Part shown: one piece after another, positions 29,261-42,323 of the stretch
Layout: the number at the start of each line of letters is the position of its first letter
Position numbering within the stretch: position 1 is the stretch's first letter
NCBI RefSeq assembly: GCF_001194135.2
Contig: NC_068991.1
Coordinates: forward strand, 79,443,422-79,507,421
Length of the DNA stretch: 64,000 bases
Origin: Octopus bimaculoides
Taxonomy: Eukaryota
Direction of reading: 5' to 3'
The notes under the pieces: generated by a model
Databases searched by the model: none
Told to the model about the DNA's origin: nothing
Seen by the model: the letters and a program-made list of their open reading frames with translations, nothing else
Made by a program: the position numbers and the translations under genes

Positions 29261-30149
29261 GAATAATTGTTGTTACAAAAGAGCAAAAGCTTAGAGAGAT
29301 CTGATCGGGAATTCCACTCAAGCCAATCCTGTAGAATTCTGAATCGTATGTGACTTTCAATTTTAAAATTTGACAAATTATTACAGAACTAATATTTGTA
29401 GTTTTCGTATAAGGTCAATGATTAGTGGAATAAGCAGGTGACGCATCCCATTATTAATATGAAAAAACCCAATTAAATTGATTTAATTTTCAAGGCGCCA
29501 AATGCATGTTACAAATAAAAGAAAGGTGTTGTTGCCATGCTTGTGCTAAACTGGCACTTATGATGTACAAGTGAGGAGAAGCATATTTAATACATAAATA
29601 AAGGAATATTATTTAATCAATTTCTTATAGAATTTCAGAGTAGTTTCATCGTTGTTCATTCACAATCACCGAAGAAATGTGATCTTATATTCATAGATGC
29701 AGGATTTAAATTAACACTGTGTGAAGTATTTGGTGTGACTGAATTGACGCGCAACAAAGCAAGTACAACGTCCGGTCGTATAATTTATGCATGATCACAT
29801 TTATCTGCGTGTAAATATAACTGTTTTAATATCATACATTTCTCTATCTTCAGTAAGGAAATAATAAACAAACATGTTATTGCTATAGTACATAATATAT
29901 AGAACATGTCATTGATATAGTGTTCGTTATTTTGAGACAGGGTTAACTATGAAAACTTAAACGGATATATATTTTAGCGCAGGCTTATAAAGTCAACAGC
30001 GTTTCCTGGATGTAGAGATATTTAACTGGACACGTCATACACACATAATCTGACTCACTCTCTCTCTCTCTCTTTCTCTATTTTTCTCTCTCTCTCACTC
30101 ACAGACACAGCTATATATATGTATGTATGTGTGTATGTGTGTATATACA

Positions 30150-30198
<49 letters not shown>

Positions 30199-30827
30199 AG
30201 AGAGGGAGAGAGGAGCGTTATGTAAGACAGATCAAATCAAACTAAGATAAATCGTTCAGAAGGTATTGAGAAGAATACCGTTGTGAAAGAAAGCCACGAC
30301 GAAGAAATAATTTAATTATCAAGTATTTTGTTAAATCCAAATTCCTAACAATGATTTCCAACCTTGCCAATATCAACTGGCATTTGTAGTTCTCTTATGT
30401 GCTCATGAAAGGAAAACGAAAAATAATCAACCTCCACCGAGCATTACAACTGAGATCAATTATAAGTAAAACGACAGTTCAATACCGCTCACCACTGTCT
30501 TTCGGTTGACCAATGCGACTTGAATACGTAATTGTGAAGTCACATTACACATGTCACTGACAGTAATAAATATTTAAACGGAAAGGATGTAACATCATAT
30601 TGTTAGGTACCTATTAATTAGACGTTCAGGAAACGGTCAGATACATGTTAGCACTGATTTACATTCCGAGTTGGATATATGGACGCATGAACGGAAATTA
30701 AACTACATTTGCACAGAATTTCTCAAGTCGCTAATCAGATTCCAGCATGGAATGCCGAGTCAGGTACAATAGATTATTGGTCTTAACGTGAAATAGCCGT
30801 ACATGAAAATGCACACATGTAAAGATT

Positions 30828-30872
<45 letters not shown>

Positions 30873-30906
30873 CCTTATATATACATATATATGCATGCAT
30901 ATATGT

Positions 30907-31003
<97 letters not shown>

Positions 31004-31026
31004 GATATAGATATAATTATACTCAA

Positions 31027-31059
<33 letters not shown>

Positions 31060-31199
31060 GACTCACAGGTTATTTTGCTGGGTATGATGGAACGTGTCAC
31101 CTGTCCACAGCCAGCAGACTAAGGTGACATTTGCTTACTAGTTTCCAATACCATGAGAGTAAGTTGAATGACCAATATTAAATACTATTGGAACTTATT

Positions 31200-31558
31200 C
31201 ACAAGGTATTTGAATCTTATATGTATACCATTCTGTCTAAATAATGGATCTACAGATACAATATCCCTGCATATCTCACGTCTATTTTCATTCCTCCAAT
31301 TCACTCTCTATTTCATATCTTATCTAAATTAACTATTGCTTCACCATTTTCTCACACCGTCTCCGATGAAGGGATATATAAAATATCCCGGAAACAGCTG
31401 TAAGACCTTCTATTTATAAATGTTCTAAAATCTTTCACAGCCTTGGATTTTTATCTCATTTTGAAATTTTTTATATATACACATGCTGATATATGACCTA
31501 CGTTGGCCTCCTCATTCGCATAATCACCGAATCTGGAACTTAACTATAGTCTGGCCAT
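31200..31558 (+). mobile_element. Penelope-like terminal repeat (pLTR)
   Basis: Contains a hammerhead motif. Homologous to 46795-47040 (ctcacaccgtctccgatgaagggatat; catgctgatatatgacctacgttgg). Confidence 0.7.
31359..31406 (+). ncRNA. Minimal type I hammerhead ribozyme motif (PLE type)
   Basis: GUCU-CCGAUGA-A-GGGAUAU(AUAAA)AUAUCCC-G-GAAA-CAGCUG-UA/AGAC: 4-bp stem I, 7-bp stem II, palindromic stem III, GUA cleavage triplet. Core is U4C. Confidence 0.65.
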
Positions 31559-32612
31559 NNNNNNNNNNTATATATATATATATATATAGATGTGTGTGTA
31601 TATACATATATATATATGTATGTTTTTATGTATGTATATTTGTATACACATACAGTAAGTAGTACCTTGTTATCTTCTGTTCACGGAAGATAAATAAAAT
31701 TATTGCATTCATTTAAAACGATGCTAGAAACCATTAAGGAATTTCTTCCTGAAAATCATTGTACATTTTATGGAGAAGAAAAGCATTACGATAAGTCGAA
31801 TATGTGATGCTATTCTTGTTTTTAATCTATGATTTTCGGCATATTTATAGATAAGTGCCTCTATGACTTTCTTTCGTAATTACATTCTTATAAATTCATA
31901 TTTTTCAATGACATAAGCGGAGGTAGATTTTCAAAACTGAAAATTACGATTATGTTCATAAAATATTTATGTCATCTCTAGGGAAATGTTTTTCTGTCAT
32001 TTGCGACCCTCCAAAATTACTTTCCTCGTAATTCTCTATACAATACATATATTTATATGTAATTTGGTAGAAATGCATTCTGAGATGAATTAATATTTAT
32101 CTTACTTTTTTAAAGAATATGTAAAATATGGAAGAATGAAAAATAACAAAACGGTGGAAGTTTGGTAGTAATAAAATCAGAAAGGAGTGTAATCATCAGT
32201 AAATTCTCAAATTTCCTCAATATTAACACACACAAAACGTATATAGACACATAAAATACGCACATGTATCTTCTGAAATAGTGAAAGTGTGGGTCTTAAT
32301 GTTTAAGGGGCTAATGTCTTAGATACCTAATACCGTCAGTTCAAATTCCTTGGGCATATCATATACAAGGCATTTGAATGTATATTGCATCCGTCCACTC
32401 AGCAAAAGAAAAAGTAGTGACCAAGTGGTAGGCAGGCTCTCTCCCTCTGTAGCTCTAAGAGTACCACTGCGGCAAGGTGTTGGAGGATCGAGAGAAAGTC
32501 CTTAACTCTCGAATACGTGCAAACCTAAAACTATCAGCGAAGCATGGTACATGTTACAACTTCATACACATTCAGGAATGGCGAGTGAATTTTCGTAATA
32601 TAAATTTATATA

Positions 32613-32661
<49 letters not shown>

Positions 32662-33048
32662 GTGTGTTTGTATGTGCGTGTGTGTGTATGTGTTTGTGTG
32701 TGTATGTATGTGTGTGTGTGTGTGTGTGTAAGCCTTTTTTATTTACCACATGCTTATATGATTTGGAGGATAATTGGCATCTGCATTCTAGTTGGTTTCA
32801 CGAATACTGGTTATGGCTAAGCTATAATAGCAATTTGCTTCTTTGTCAAAATGATGTTTTATGGTTGAACATCCTGAAGTGATTTATATTTGAACGAATA
32901 TGTTGGTTACTTTAGAACTCATAGGACATAATGAGTTGTTTACAATAACATAAAATACCGACCTAGATTGATACACATTAATAATAAAGATAGAGGCATG
33001 AACTAATCACTTCATAGTATTCAATTTTTTCCGTCGACGTTTGACTTT

Positions 33049-34275
33049 GTGATGGTGAGTCGAAAAGTTCAAAGGCTGACTATGATGGAAGGAGACTAGA
33101 ACTGTGAAATCTTGCATGCGTTAGTTTTAACTCTTTTTAGAAATAACTCCATTGTTTTTCCCCAGTGAAAATGACATCTGCCTGTTCAAAGAATACTTCA
33201 AATCTTAGTAATAGCGACCTCCCTTCAAAATGGAACAACATTTTGCATCGAAATGTTATCAAGTAACTGCAGAAAATGGCACAGCCCCCAAAGACATAGT
33301 TGCTACACTTGGAGATCGTCACTCAAGCTTTATCAACAGTGCAAAAATAGGGAGCTGAATTCAGGAGGAAAATGGAGAGTCTTCCATATGACCCAACTTC
33401 TGGACATTCTGCAACTGCCGTAACCGAGGAAAACATTGACGGTGTTCACCACATGGTGATGGATGGCAGGCCATTCGGTATAAATCAAAGAGCCAATGCT
33501 ATTAGCATATCCCGTGAGAGAGTTCGGGATACTCTGCACAATGATCTTAGCATGACAAAGGTTTCTGCGCCACGTCTTTTGACACCTGATCAAAAGCACG
33601 CCAGATGGATCACATCACGCCAGAATCTAACATTGTTTGGGGCAGATCCAGTTGGTTTTCTTGAACGTTTGCCAACTCAGGATGTTTGTTGGCTTCATCA
33701 CATTAAGTCAGAGACAAGGAGTGTATCCATGCAGTGAATCCACCTCTTTAAGTGCGACAAAGAAGGTCAAGGTAATTTCATCAGCAGGGGAGACAAAAGG
33801 CCTTGTTCACCTTGAAATGTGTCACCCCATCAATGGAGAGTACTATTCCAAATCCCGAGGCAGTTATGAAATGACATCAAAATCAAACACCCAGGAAAGC
33901 TGACGAAAGGGCTCTTATTTCATCAGAGCAATGTTGTATTACAAACGTCCTTGATTTCAACGGCTGCTGTGCGTAACTGTGGCTTTGAACTAGTTGATCA
34001 CCATTCCTGTTCACCTGCCTATCATCTGTTCCCCAAGATAATAAAAAAGAACACTTGGCTGGAAAGCTGTATCACAGTGATGGGAACTTTATATCTGCTA
34101 CTGTTGATGTTTTTGACCAACAAGATGAAAGTTTTTTCCCCAACAGGATCCAAACATTACAACATCGATGGAAGAAATGTGTGACCACAGATGGAAGCTA
34201 TATTAAAAAATAAACCTCATTTGGTCATATTCGATGAGAGTGTCTTGGTCAGCCTATGAACAGCTGACCGCTGTA
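33049..34275 (+). mobile_element. Near full-length degenerate mariner transposon
   Basis: Peptides DPTSGHSATAVTEENIDGVHHMVMD, PRLLTPDQK, TQDVCWLHH (D1), KKVKVISSAG, INGEYY, FELVDH and YHLFP. Terminal remnants gaaaagttcaaaggctgac and gtcagcctatgaac. Same family as 24418-25430. Confidence 0.92.
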
Positions 34276-35904
34276 GTCTACTTCTGTGCTAAAATGACTT
34301 TGGCGTTAGAAGAATAATGACTGTGGTTAACTGTTGTGATTATATCGCTTGCTTACATAATTACGTTATTGTAATAAGAGAAATTATAATTAGGAATATA
34401 AGCCTTATTCAACCCTACAGGTAATAAACAGGATTGGGCTAAACTGTGTATATTAACCCAACTTGTACAATATTTATTGTTATGAAATAAATACAAATAT
34501 TAGCTTATTTTTCAAATTTATGTCACATTTAATTATATAAATAATACAAATAACATTTCAGTAATACTTGATCATTTTACTTCAATTTCGAATACATGCA
34601 AATGTTTACTCCCGCATTTGAATGTTAATGTCATTTTCTTTGAAAATTCTATATTTTCACTAATAAATTATTATTGTATTTCCTTGCCAGTAATTCTACT
34701 ATTAAGTCGACAACTTCAGCGAGTTTAAAAAAGATACCAATAGACAACAAATCGATACACATTTATAAACGGATACTATTTTATAAACCACTATGGAACG
34801 TGCCAGACTATTTCAGATATAAAAAGAAAATATTAATGTCTCCAATAAAAAAGCTGAAAATTTAATTCACAATAATAGTTCAGTTATTAATGTGTACCAA
34901 TAATGGAGTTTTATGTTTTACAATAAATTCTGTTCTAAGATAGAGGAAATTAATAGAAAATAAAGCATACCAATTTAAGCGTTGAGCAGATGTGGGTGTT
35001 CTTTTAAAATATTAAATTGTGTGAAGCAGGAATGAGAAAGGTGTGCAGTCTTTTATATTTTCGTTGTTAGCCTTTTCAATGAAAGCGTTTATTTTATATT
35101 TTGTTATTGTTTTACACAGAATGATTTTAATGTCGTGATATTCATAAATAGAAAGAAAATGATGTTTTGTGAAAGGAAATAGTAATTTTATTTTAAACAA
35201 AGTTGATAATTTACTGACTGAACTGACGTTAAACTCTACCGGTAAATTCATTTTATTGAACTTTCGTAGTTACGAAGTACGTGCAACGATCTAAATTTCT
35301 AAGTTCGATGCGGTCATCAGCGGTGTAAGTTATTGTTTTTTTTTTTTAATAGCATGAAGAAGGGATTATTACACAAAATGCATGTGATCCTACAGCATAT
35401 TTTAAAGCTGCAATATTCCATAGAGATCTATTAATTAGTAGAAGGTAATACAATGTTTTTCCTTCTAGCTTTTGTACATTCGAATAATATTCACGTCTCG
35501 TTGTGACCCACAGAGTGTTTGTGTTGTATGTTTCACAACTGTTCCCACATTCTCCATACAATACACGGAGGTAGGCTTTTAGTTTCCTAACTAAAAAAAT
35601 ATAAAATATGGCATATATCATGCGATCGACATCACAATATTTTGAGTTACAGAGGGTGGATATAAGCTTGTTATCAGTTGAAATATGTTTTAAGCATATT
35701 CGAAAAGCCATTCAATGCATTTTGTTATGGAGAAAAATTCTTGTTGTAGGCAGGAAGGTGTAAACACACTAAGTCAGTTAGGAGCACCCTATACCAGATG
35801 GATGATGCGTGCATTTCACAGTAGTCATTTCCTATTCATCATCGAATATTAGAAAGATAGGCGCCTGGAAATGACTACGAGAGAGGCTAGGTCTCTTTTC
35901 TTAC

Positions 35905-35959
35905 CTTACGAAAATTCAAGTCAAAATATTGTAGCTGTTTGCGCTCATTGGCAGCCAGG
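35905..35959 (-). CDS. Candidate 55-nt internal exon
   Basis: gtattttttctacAG|cctggc...cgtaag|GTAAGA. Single open frame LAANERKQLQYFDLNFRK (phase 2 in, phase 0 out). Confidence 0.35.
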
Positions 35960-36589
35960 CTGTAGAAAAAAATACGGATTAGAAGCGCAAAGCAGTGAGG
36001 TATACAAATATAAACGTGTTACCAGTTGAAATATGCTTCTACTGTTCGATACATAATTGGAAATAACTACTCCGTATGCAGCCATGTATCTGGAAACAGG
36101 ATGTTAAGGATAGATTTGGTATGTTTCACAATTTTGCCCGCAGCGAGAATAAGTCTCCATGTCAAAATGTAGGCAATGATATTTTCACAGGTTCGAATGT
36201 GTTTCGAGCCTCCTTGAATTGGTAACGAGCGTATATTTCAAAAAAGAAAAGTGAGAAAATGTTATGCCATGATCTTAGCACATAGGGTCTTTTTGCCTAG
36301 TCAGAAAAGAAACAATGATCATTATATTTTGTAGAGGGGGCCATTAGAAAGATTCTACCGATATCCTTTTAATAAATGTGGATGCCCAGCATATAAAATG
36401 GAATAATTCAACTTAAATATGATTTAATGACGAAATGATTGGCCTGAAATGTTCGATATATAGATCAGATGCTCACTAATATTTGGAGAATATGTCTATC
36501 TATGTATCTATGTATCTCTCTATCTATCTGTCTACGTACCTACCTACCTACCTTCCTATCTATCTTTCTCTCTTTCTCTCACTGTCAGC

Positions 36590-36740
36590 CATATAACGAC
36601 ACACGTACTGTTCATCAAATTTTTCCTCCTCTGGACTTTTCCGTTTTCCTTTCTGACGAAGAGTTATTCTCGAAATGTAAGAAAAAAATAATGTTCTTTC
36701 CACCTTTCCATGTGTACGCCCTCTTGTTGTTTTGGTATTG
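36590..36740 (+). mobile_element. Decayed PLE terminal repeat with hammerhead-like remnant
   Basis: CUGACGA-A-GAG(UUAUU)CUC-GAAAUGUA at 36653-36679. Confidence 0.45.
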
Positions 36741-37089
36741 TTATTTTCAAGGTTCGATTATTCGAATTTTAACATTCGATTTGAATGTATGTGTGTGTAC
36801 GTGTTTGTGTGTCTCTGTGTGTATGCGTCTTGTATGTGTGCATGTACACGCTATTATAATTGGGTGAGCACTTCAAAATAAATAGAACTAAGTCCAGAAG
36901 ACTGCTCGCAACGGTGCAAAACTCCTCCCAATACGACAAGTAGATATTTCCTCAACCATTGAAGTACGAATGCATTCTGCAGCCCAGAAGACTTCAAAGA
37001 ATTTAAACGGATTCTACGAAATAATGCCGGACTAGGATTATTATCAACCGACCAGAATTTGCTGAAATATAACAACTCAAATGTTAATG

Positions 37090-37230
37090 ACGGTTTCTGG
37101 TGTCAGAGATCGGGTCAGCATTACTTCGTCGAGTCTATCGATGCCAGTACTTACCCGGTACTTTATTGAATCTTAAAGGTAGAAAGTCAAAATAAACTTC
37201 AGCGGGATTTGAACGCAGAATGCAAAAAAC
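37090..37230 (-). mobile_element. Degenerate SINE family C
   Basis: tatcgatgccagtacttacccggtactttattg...aaagtcaaaataaacttcagcgggatttgaacgcagaatg aligns with the 12.6 kb copy. Confidence 0.6.
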
Positions 37231-37244
37231 CAAAATATTACCAC

Positions 37245-37786
37245 CTCATGACTTGGGGAGAGTAATCCACTGGAAATTATGCAGAAAACTAGGATTTGAC
37301 TATATATGAACCGAGGAAAGTACTAGAAAGTAAGAAATATAAGATGTTGTGGGACTTAGACATTCAGGCTGACAGAATAATTGATGCTAGAATGCCTGAT
37401 TTATTAGTAGTAGATAAAGAGGATAGAAAGTACCAGATAATTAACTTTACAGTCCTGATTGATAAAAAATCACTATCAGAGGTATAGAAAAAATAGCAAA
37501 GTACCAGGTCTTAGCAAGTGCTGGTAAAATGTATCCCAGTAATTATAGGTGCATTAGGAACTACACCTAAAAATCTGAACTGATGCACAGAGGAAATAAG
37601 CATAAACCCACTTTAGTACAGCTCCAGAAATTAGTGTTGCTAGGGACAGCTACAATAATTAGGAGGATTCTTGGCATCTAAGGTTACTTGTTGTAGCCCG
37701 ATGCTAAGATTTTTTCTTTTGCAACAGTCTGATCTGTTGCGCGTATTTGAAATAATAATGATAACAACAACAACAACAACAACAAC

Positions 37787-37847
<61 letters not shown>
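37245..37847 (+). mobile_element. R4/Dong-clade non-LTR retrotransposon 3' end (RLE domain) with (CAA)n(TAA)n tail
   Basis: HDLGRVIHWKLCRKLG, KMLWDLDIQADRIIDARMPDLLVVDK, EKIAKYQ, IPVIIGALGTTPK and LQKLVLLGTATIIRRILG*, followed by a TAA-repeat tail. Confidence 0.9.
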
Positions 37848-39118
37848 TTTACCTAGTAAACCACTATATTTTGGCAAAGCAGTGGACCAGTACGTGACAT
37901 TAGAGCGAAGGTTTATATAAAACGTGCAAATCAAGAACGATAACAAATGCAAATACTTAAAAATTAAAACAAAGAAAAAAATTCAAAATGGAAACTTTCG
38001 TCGACTAATCGTCATATCTCATAAAATTTCAGCCACCCTGGAGATGAAATCAGGTACCCTCTCCCAGCTGCTCTTGTTCATTTTCCAGGTGTATACTGCT
38101 CAGAGACAAACCTTTCAGTCATAACGTGCTCCACACTCTCGTTCTTCTTTCAACAAATATATAGAAGAGAATTTCATGTATTGAAAAATTAAAGTTTTCT
38201 TAGGTGCATTCCAAGAATTAATCGAACCCGATACTGCTCCTATCCTCTGAGCTAGGTGGTTGCGTATTTCGCTATTAAATGTTTGCTAAAGACACTGCGT
38301 TTGAATTGCCTCAGCTTTCTTAATGAGACTGCAGTGCCAATTCTAAATCAGATCACGTGTATTAGTGAGCTACTATTGAACTCTTTCAGGTTGATTTGTC
38401 CTAGATACACCATACGGTAAGGTTTCCAGTGTGCTCCTATGATACTATGACATGTGCGGCCGACTCATCACCATTATCTCTAATCTGGCATGGAAGTAGG
38501 CAATATTGATTATCGATCAGTTTTGCCTGGATGTATTGAGAAAGATAACAAAAGGAGAGACTATATTGTTTTAAAGCGAATCAATATTCTTGATGAAATG
38601 CTTTATCATTTAGAAATATGAATATTTAGTTACATTAACGTTTTTGTTACTTTCTCTCCCCTAACTTTGAAACAATGAAATTAAATTAAACAGTGTCCGA
38701 GCTGATATCACTTTCCCTCAATAGCAATTAAATACGGAGGATATTGTGCACAGAACATACACTGTGAATCGCTCAGCGTTTTGCCTATGTAATGCTGTCT
38801 GAATTTAGAATGTAAAACAAACAATTCTCTTGAAGCATCTCACCATTAACTTCAATATGAGATTCAGAGATATTTGTGGTTCTGGTTTTTGTTTTCGGTT
38901 TTACGACATCGTCGCTTCTTCCTCTCTGACAATTTCTCCTTTCCTTATACAATCAATAAATTATAAGCAATTAAATTAATCTCGTTTTATTCGAGATCCA
39001 ACATCTGATTGTGATATATGCAGGTTATTAAAATGATAAAGATAATGCACGTTGGGAACCTCTGCGTATATCTCATCATTGCTATGAAATATAGTTGTGA
39101 CTGATATATATACATACA

Positions 39119-39144
<26 letters not shown>

Positions 39145-39150
<6 letters not shown>

Positions 39151-39465
39151 CATGGAGAATTCACCAAAAAACAAATGACGAAGACAGGTGGTGTAGAAAA
39201 AACAGATGTATTGATATAACGCTCGGGAAGTTAAAAAGTCTTTAACATTTCGAGCCTACGCTCTTCCACATTAAGGAACACGGAAAGAAACAAGTGATGT
39301 AAGCAGCGACTGAGAAACGAAATGTGACTAGAGAAACGAGTTTTTTTGAGATTCAGTTGGTAAAATTTAATAGAAGGCTGAAAGCAGTGGGAAGGAAGTG
39401 TGCTGAGGTGTTGTTTTAGGCGGTTGTGAAGGGCGATGAGGAAAGGTTTGTAATCTGGCATGATA
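39145..39465 (-). mobile_element. Penelope-like element 5'/pLTR fragment
   Basis: Minus ORF ...FYQLNLKKTRFSSHISFLSRCLH... resembles PLE N-termini. Decayed hammerhead-like GAGC(GUAG)GCUC-GAAAUGUUA on the minus strand at about 39245-39270. Confidence 0.6.
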
Positions 39466-39979
39466 GTACAACTAGAAAAGAAAAGAAAGAAAAGAGAGAG
39501 AGAGGGATAGAGAAGGTAAATAAAAACGTGGGGAGGAAAAAATACGTGGGAAGGAAAAATTCAAAAGGTGTGGGGAGAAAAAAGCAAAAGGCGTGAGGAG
39601 TATAAAATGTAAAAGGCGTGAGGAGAAAAAATATATACGCGAGGTGGGAGAAAAGAATAAAAGCAGGGAAAGAAAAGATGAAGAGGGAACAAATAGAGAG
39701 AAAAGGGGGAAGAAAGGGAGAAGACGAGACGAAAGGAGTAGAAATGGAGGGAGAAACAGGCAAGGTAACAGATATATATGTATATATANNNNNNNNNNNN
39801 NNNNNNNNNNNNNNNNNNNNNNNNNNNNNNNNNNNNNNNNNNNNNNNNNNNNNNNNNNNNNNNNNNNNNNNNNNNNNNNNNNNNNNNNNNNNNNNNNNNN
39901 NNNNNNNNNNNNNNNNNNNNNNNNNNNNNNNNNNNNNNNNNNNNNNNNNNNNNNNNNNNNNNNNNNNNNNNNNNNNNNN

Positions 39980-40017
<38 letters not shown>

Positions 40018-41530
40018 CGCACATATAGATACGTAGGCGCTGTATGTACATACAGAAGGTAAATAGAAAGAAAAATATTCAGTGATATTTCATCATTAAT
40101 GGTATCTAGTGTATTTTACATTTGAATTCTGAAGACACTTATACATACATACATACATACATACATACATACATACAGACATACATAGTTTATGTTAAAA
40201 GTGCTTTGGTCGTGTTTAGCCGTAATCCGTACTTTTATGCTCATGTATGCTACTCGATTCTCTCACCTTTTCATTTTTCTTTGATTCTCAGAATCGTTTT
40301 CAATGTCAATTCTAGCGTCGCCCTCGTAATACCTGTTTTAATTCGGCGATAGCAACTCTTCTAATTTGTATCATCCAAAGTTTTGCTGTTAGAAAACATG
40401 CATGTAAAACACAGATTTGCATTCACTGGAAACAGTTAAACACCCACAAATTTGCTTTTTCACGTCCACGAGTTGAGGTTAAACAGTTCGGATGAAGATA
40501 ATCTGTTTGAAACTGAACGTAAAAGCAAATGCGTATGATTTTTACAATATATTTATATTAATAGAACTCTGCACATTAGTCTATATTGAAGTGAAATGAT
40601 TCCGGCGTAAATTTGAGTGTTGGTCGTATATTTTGCTGCAAAAGACTTCAATTTTGCACTGCAATACCAATATTTATTAGGATATTGTGCAGCATACTAA
40701 ACAACATATACTGCCAACTAGGATCGCTTTTAACCTATAATTCTATCGCCCTTAGGCCAGGGGGATATGATTCCCAGCTGGATATTTATTTCTTTTTATG
40801 TAAAACAAAACAAATCTACTTCATCTGTTATTTAAGTACATTGACTTCAAACTGAAAAAAATGCTCGTGTAAGGAAAGAGGATGACATTTTGTTTCCGAT
40901 AATTTATTCTATAAACACGAGGTATTATTCTTTTGTTGTAAATCAACGGTTATTCCTTTATTAGTTAACGACAGAGTGTCGCTAAACATTTTATCTTCCT
41001 ATATACAATAATTTACTTTGAGTGAAACATGAATAATGCGTTACATAAAAAGAAACACAAAATTCCGAGACGAACGTCTTATCTAATTCTAAGCCAAAAG
41101 ACAATTACTACCAAAAACACTAAGAAAAGTTTTTAAAATAAGGTTCCATTTCTACTAACATACATGAATTCTGATATTTTGATATGCTCCAAATAAACTT
41201 CACTACAATACACAAAACATAAGTGTATTATAGTGAAACGTGTCCTATTCTTAGAGTAATTTAAGTCAGTTTTGCGAAAGATCTAGCTGATAAACCAGCA
41301 GGAACTGGAAGCGATATATTTTTCGGGGATTTCTACTTTATTTGGTTATTTCAAATTTTCCAATACAACAATTCCCTTGATACACAAAAGTATTATCTTC
41401 AAAGACATTTTCGTTCTCTTTCTTCTCTTTTAGTCAGGTTTATCAGCGCACACATTTACCTGGTATTTCGTGTTTGACATTTTACACGGTCGAGCATATA
41501 TATAGGTACACGTATACATATGTGTGTGTG

Positions 41531-41588
<58 letters not shown>

Positions 41589-41590
41589 CT

Positions 41591-41988
41591 CTTTTACTTG
41601 TTTCAGTCATTTGACTGCGGCCATGCTGGAGCACCGCCTTTAGTCGAGCAAATCGACCCCAGGACTTATTCTTTGGAAGCCTAGTACTTATTCTATCGAT
41701 CTCTTTTCCTGAACCGCTAAATTACGGGGACGTAAACACACCAGCATCGGTTGTCAAGCGATGTTGGGGGGACAAACACAGACACACAAACACATACATA
41801 TATATATATATATACATATATACGACGGGCTTCTTTCAGTTTCCGTCTACCAAATCCACTCACAGGGCTTTGGTCGGCCCGAGGCTATACTAGAAGACAC
41901 TTGCCCAAGGTGCCACGCAGTGGGACTGAACCCAGAACCATGTGGTTGGTAAGCAAGCTACGTACCTCACAGCCACTCCTGCGCCTAT
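41591..41988 (-). mobile_element. Full-length bipartite SINE, family B
   Basis: Reverse complement begins ataggcgcaggagtggctgtgaggt (A-box-like) and has ggttcagtccc (B-box-like) and a cttgggcaagtg core. Internal (TA)n; tail ends gaaacaagtaaaagag. Confidence 0.92.
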
Positions 41989-42275
41989 ACATATACATTC
42001 TTGTACACATATACATATATATATATATATATATGATCACATACATACGATGAACAGGGAAATGCACAGAAAAGTGTGTATATGAAATACTATATAAAGC
42101 AGGAAAAGTTTAAATAACAATGTGTGTGCTTTTGTATGTGTAACTATCTATCTATGTAGCTGTCTATTTATCTCTGTATGAATCTATATTTATATATTCA
42201 TTTATCTATCTCCATAGATATGCGCATGGGTATATGTATGTAAGTTGTATGCATTTGCAATGTATATATATATAT

Positions 42276-42323
<48 letters not shown>

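Noticed and set aside
35300-35325. CUGAUGA on the minus strand followed by GAAA
   Set aside because: The intervening sequence cannot form stem II, so it is not a hammerhead.
35821-35878. 12-bp inverted repeat gtagtcatttcc/ggaaatgactac
   Set aside because: The interior folds into a branched loop, unlike a pre-miRNA; too short to call a MITE.
38000-38560. Possible Tx1/L1-like C-terminal remnant (NESVEHV) on the minus strand
   Set aside because: Only one short motif; not enough to support a call.
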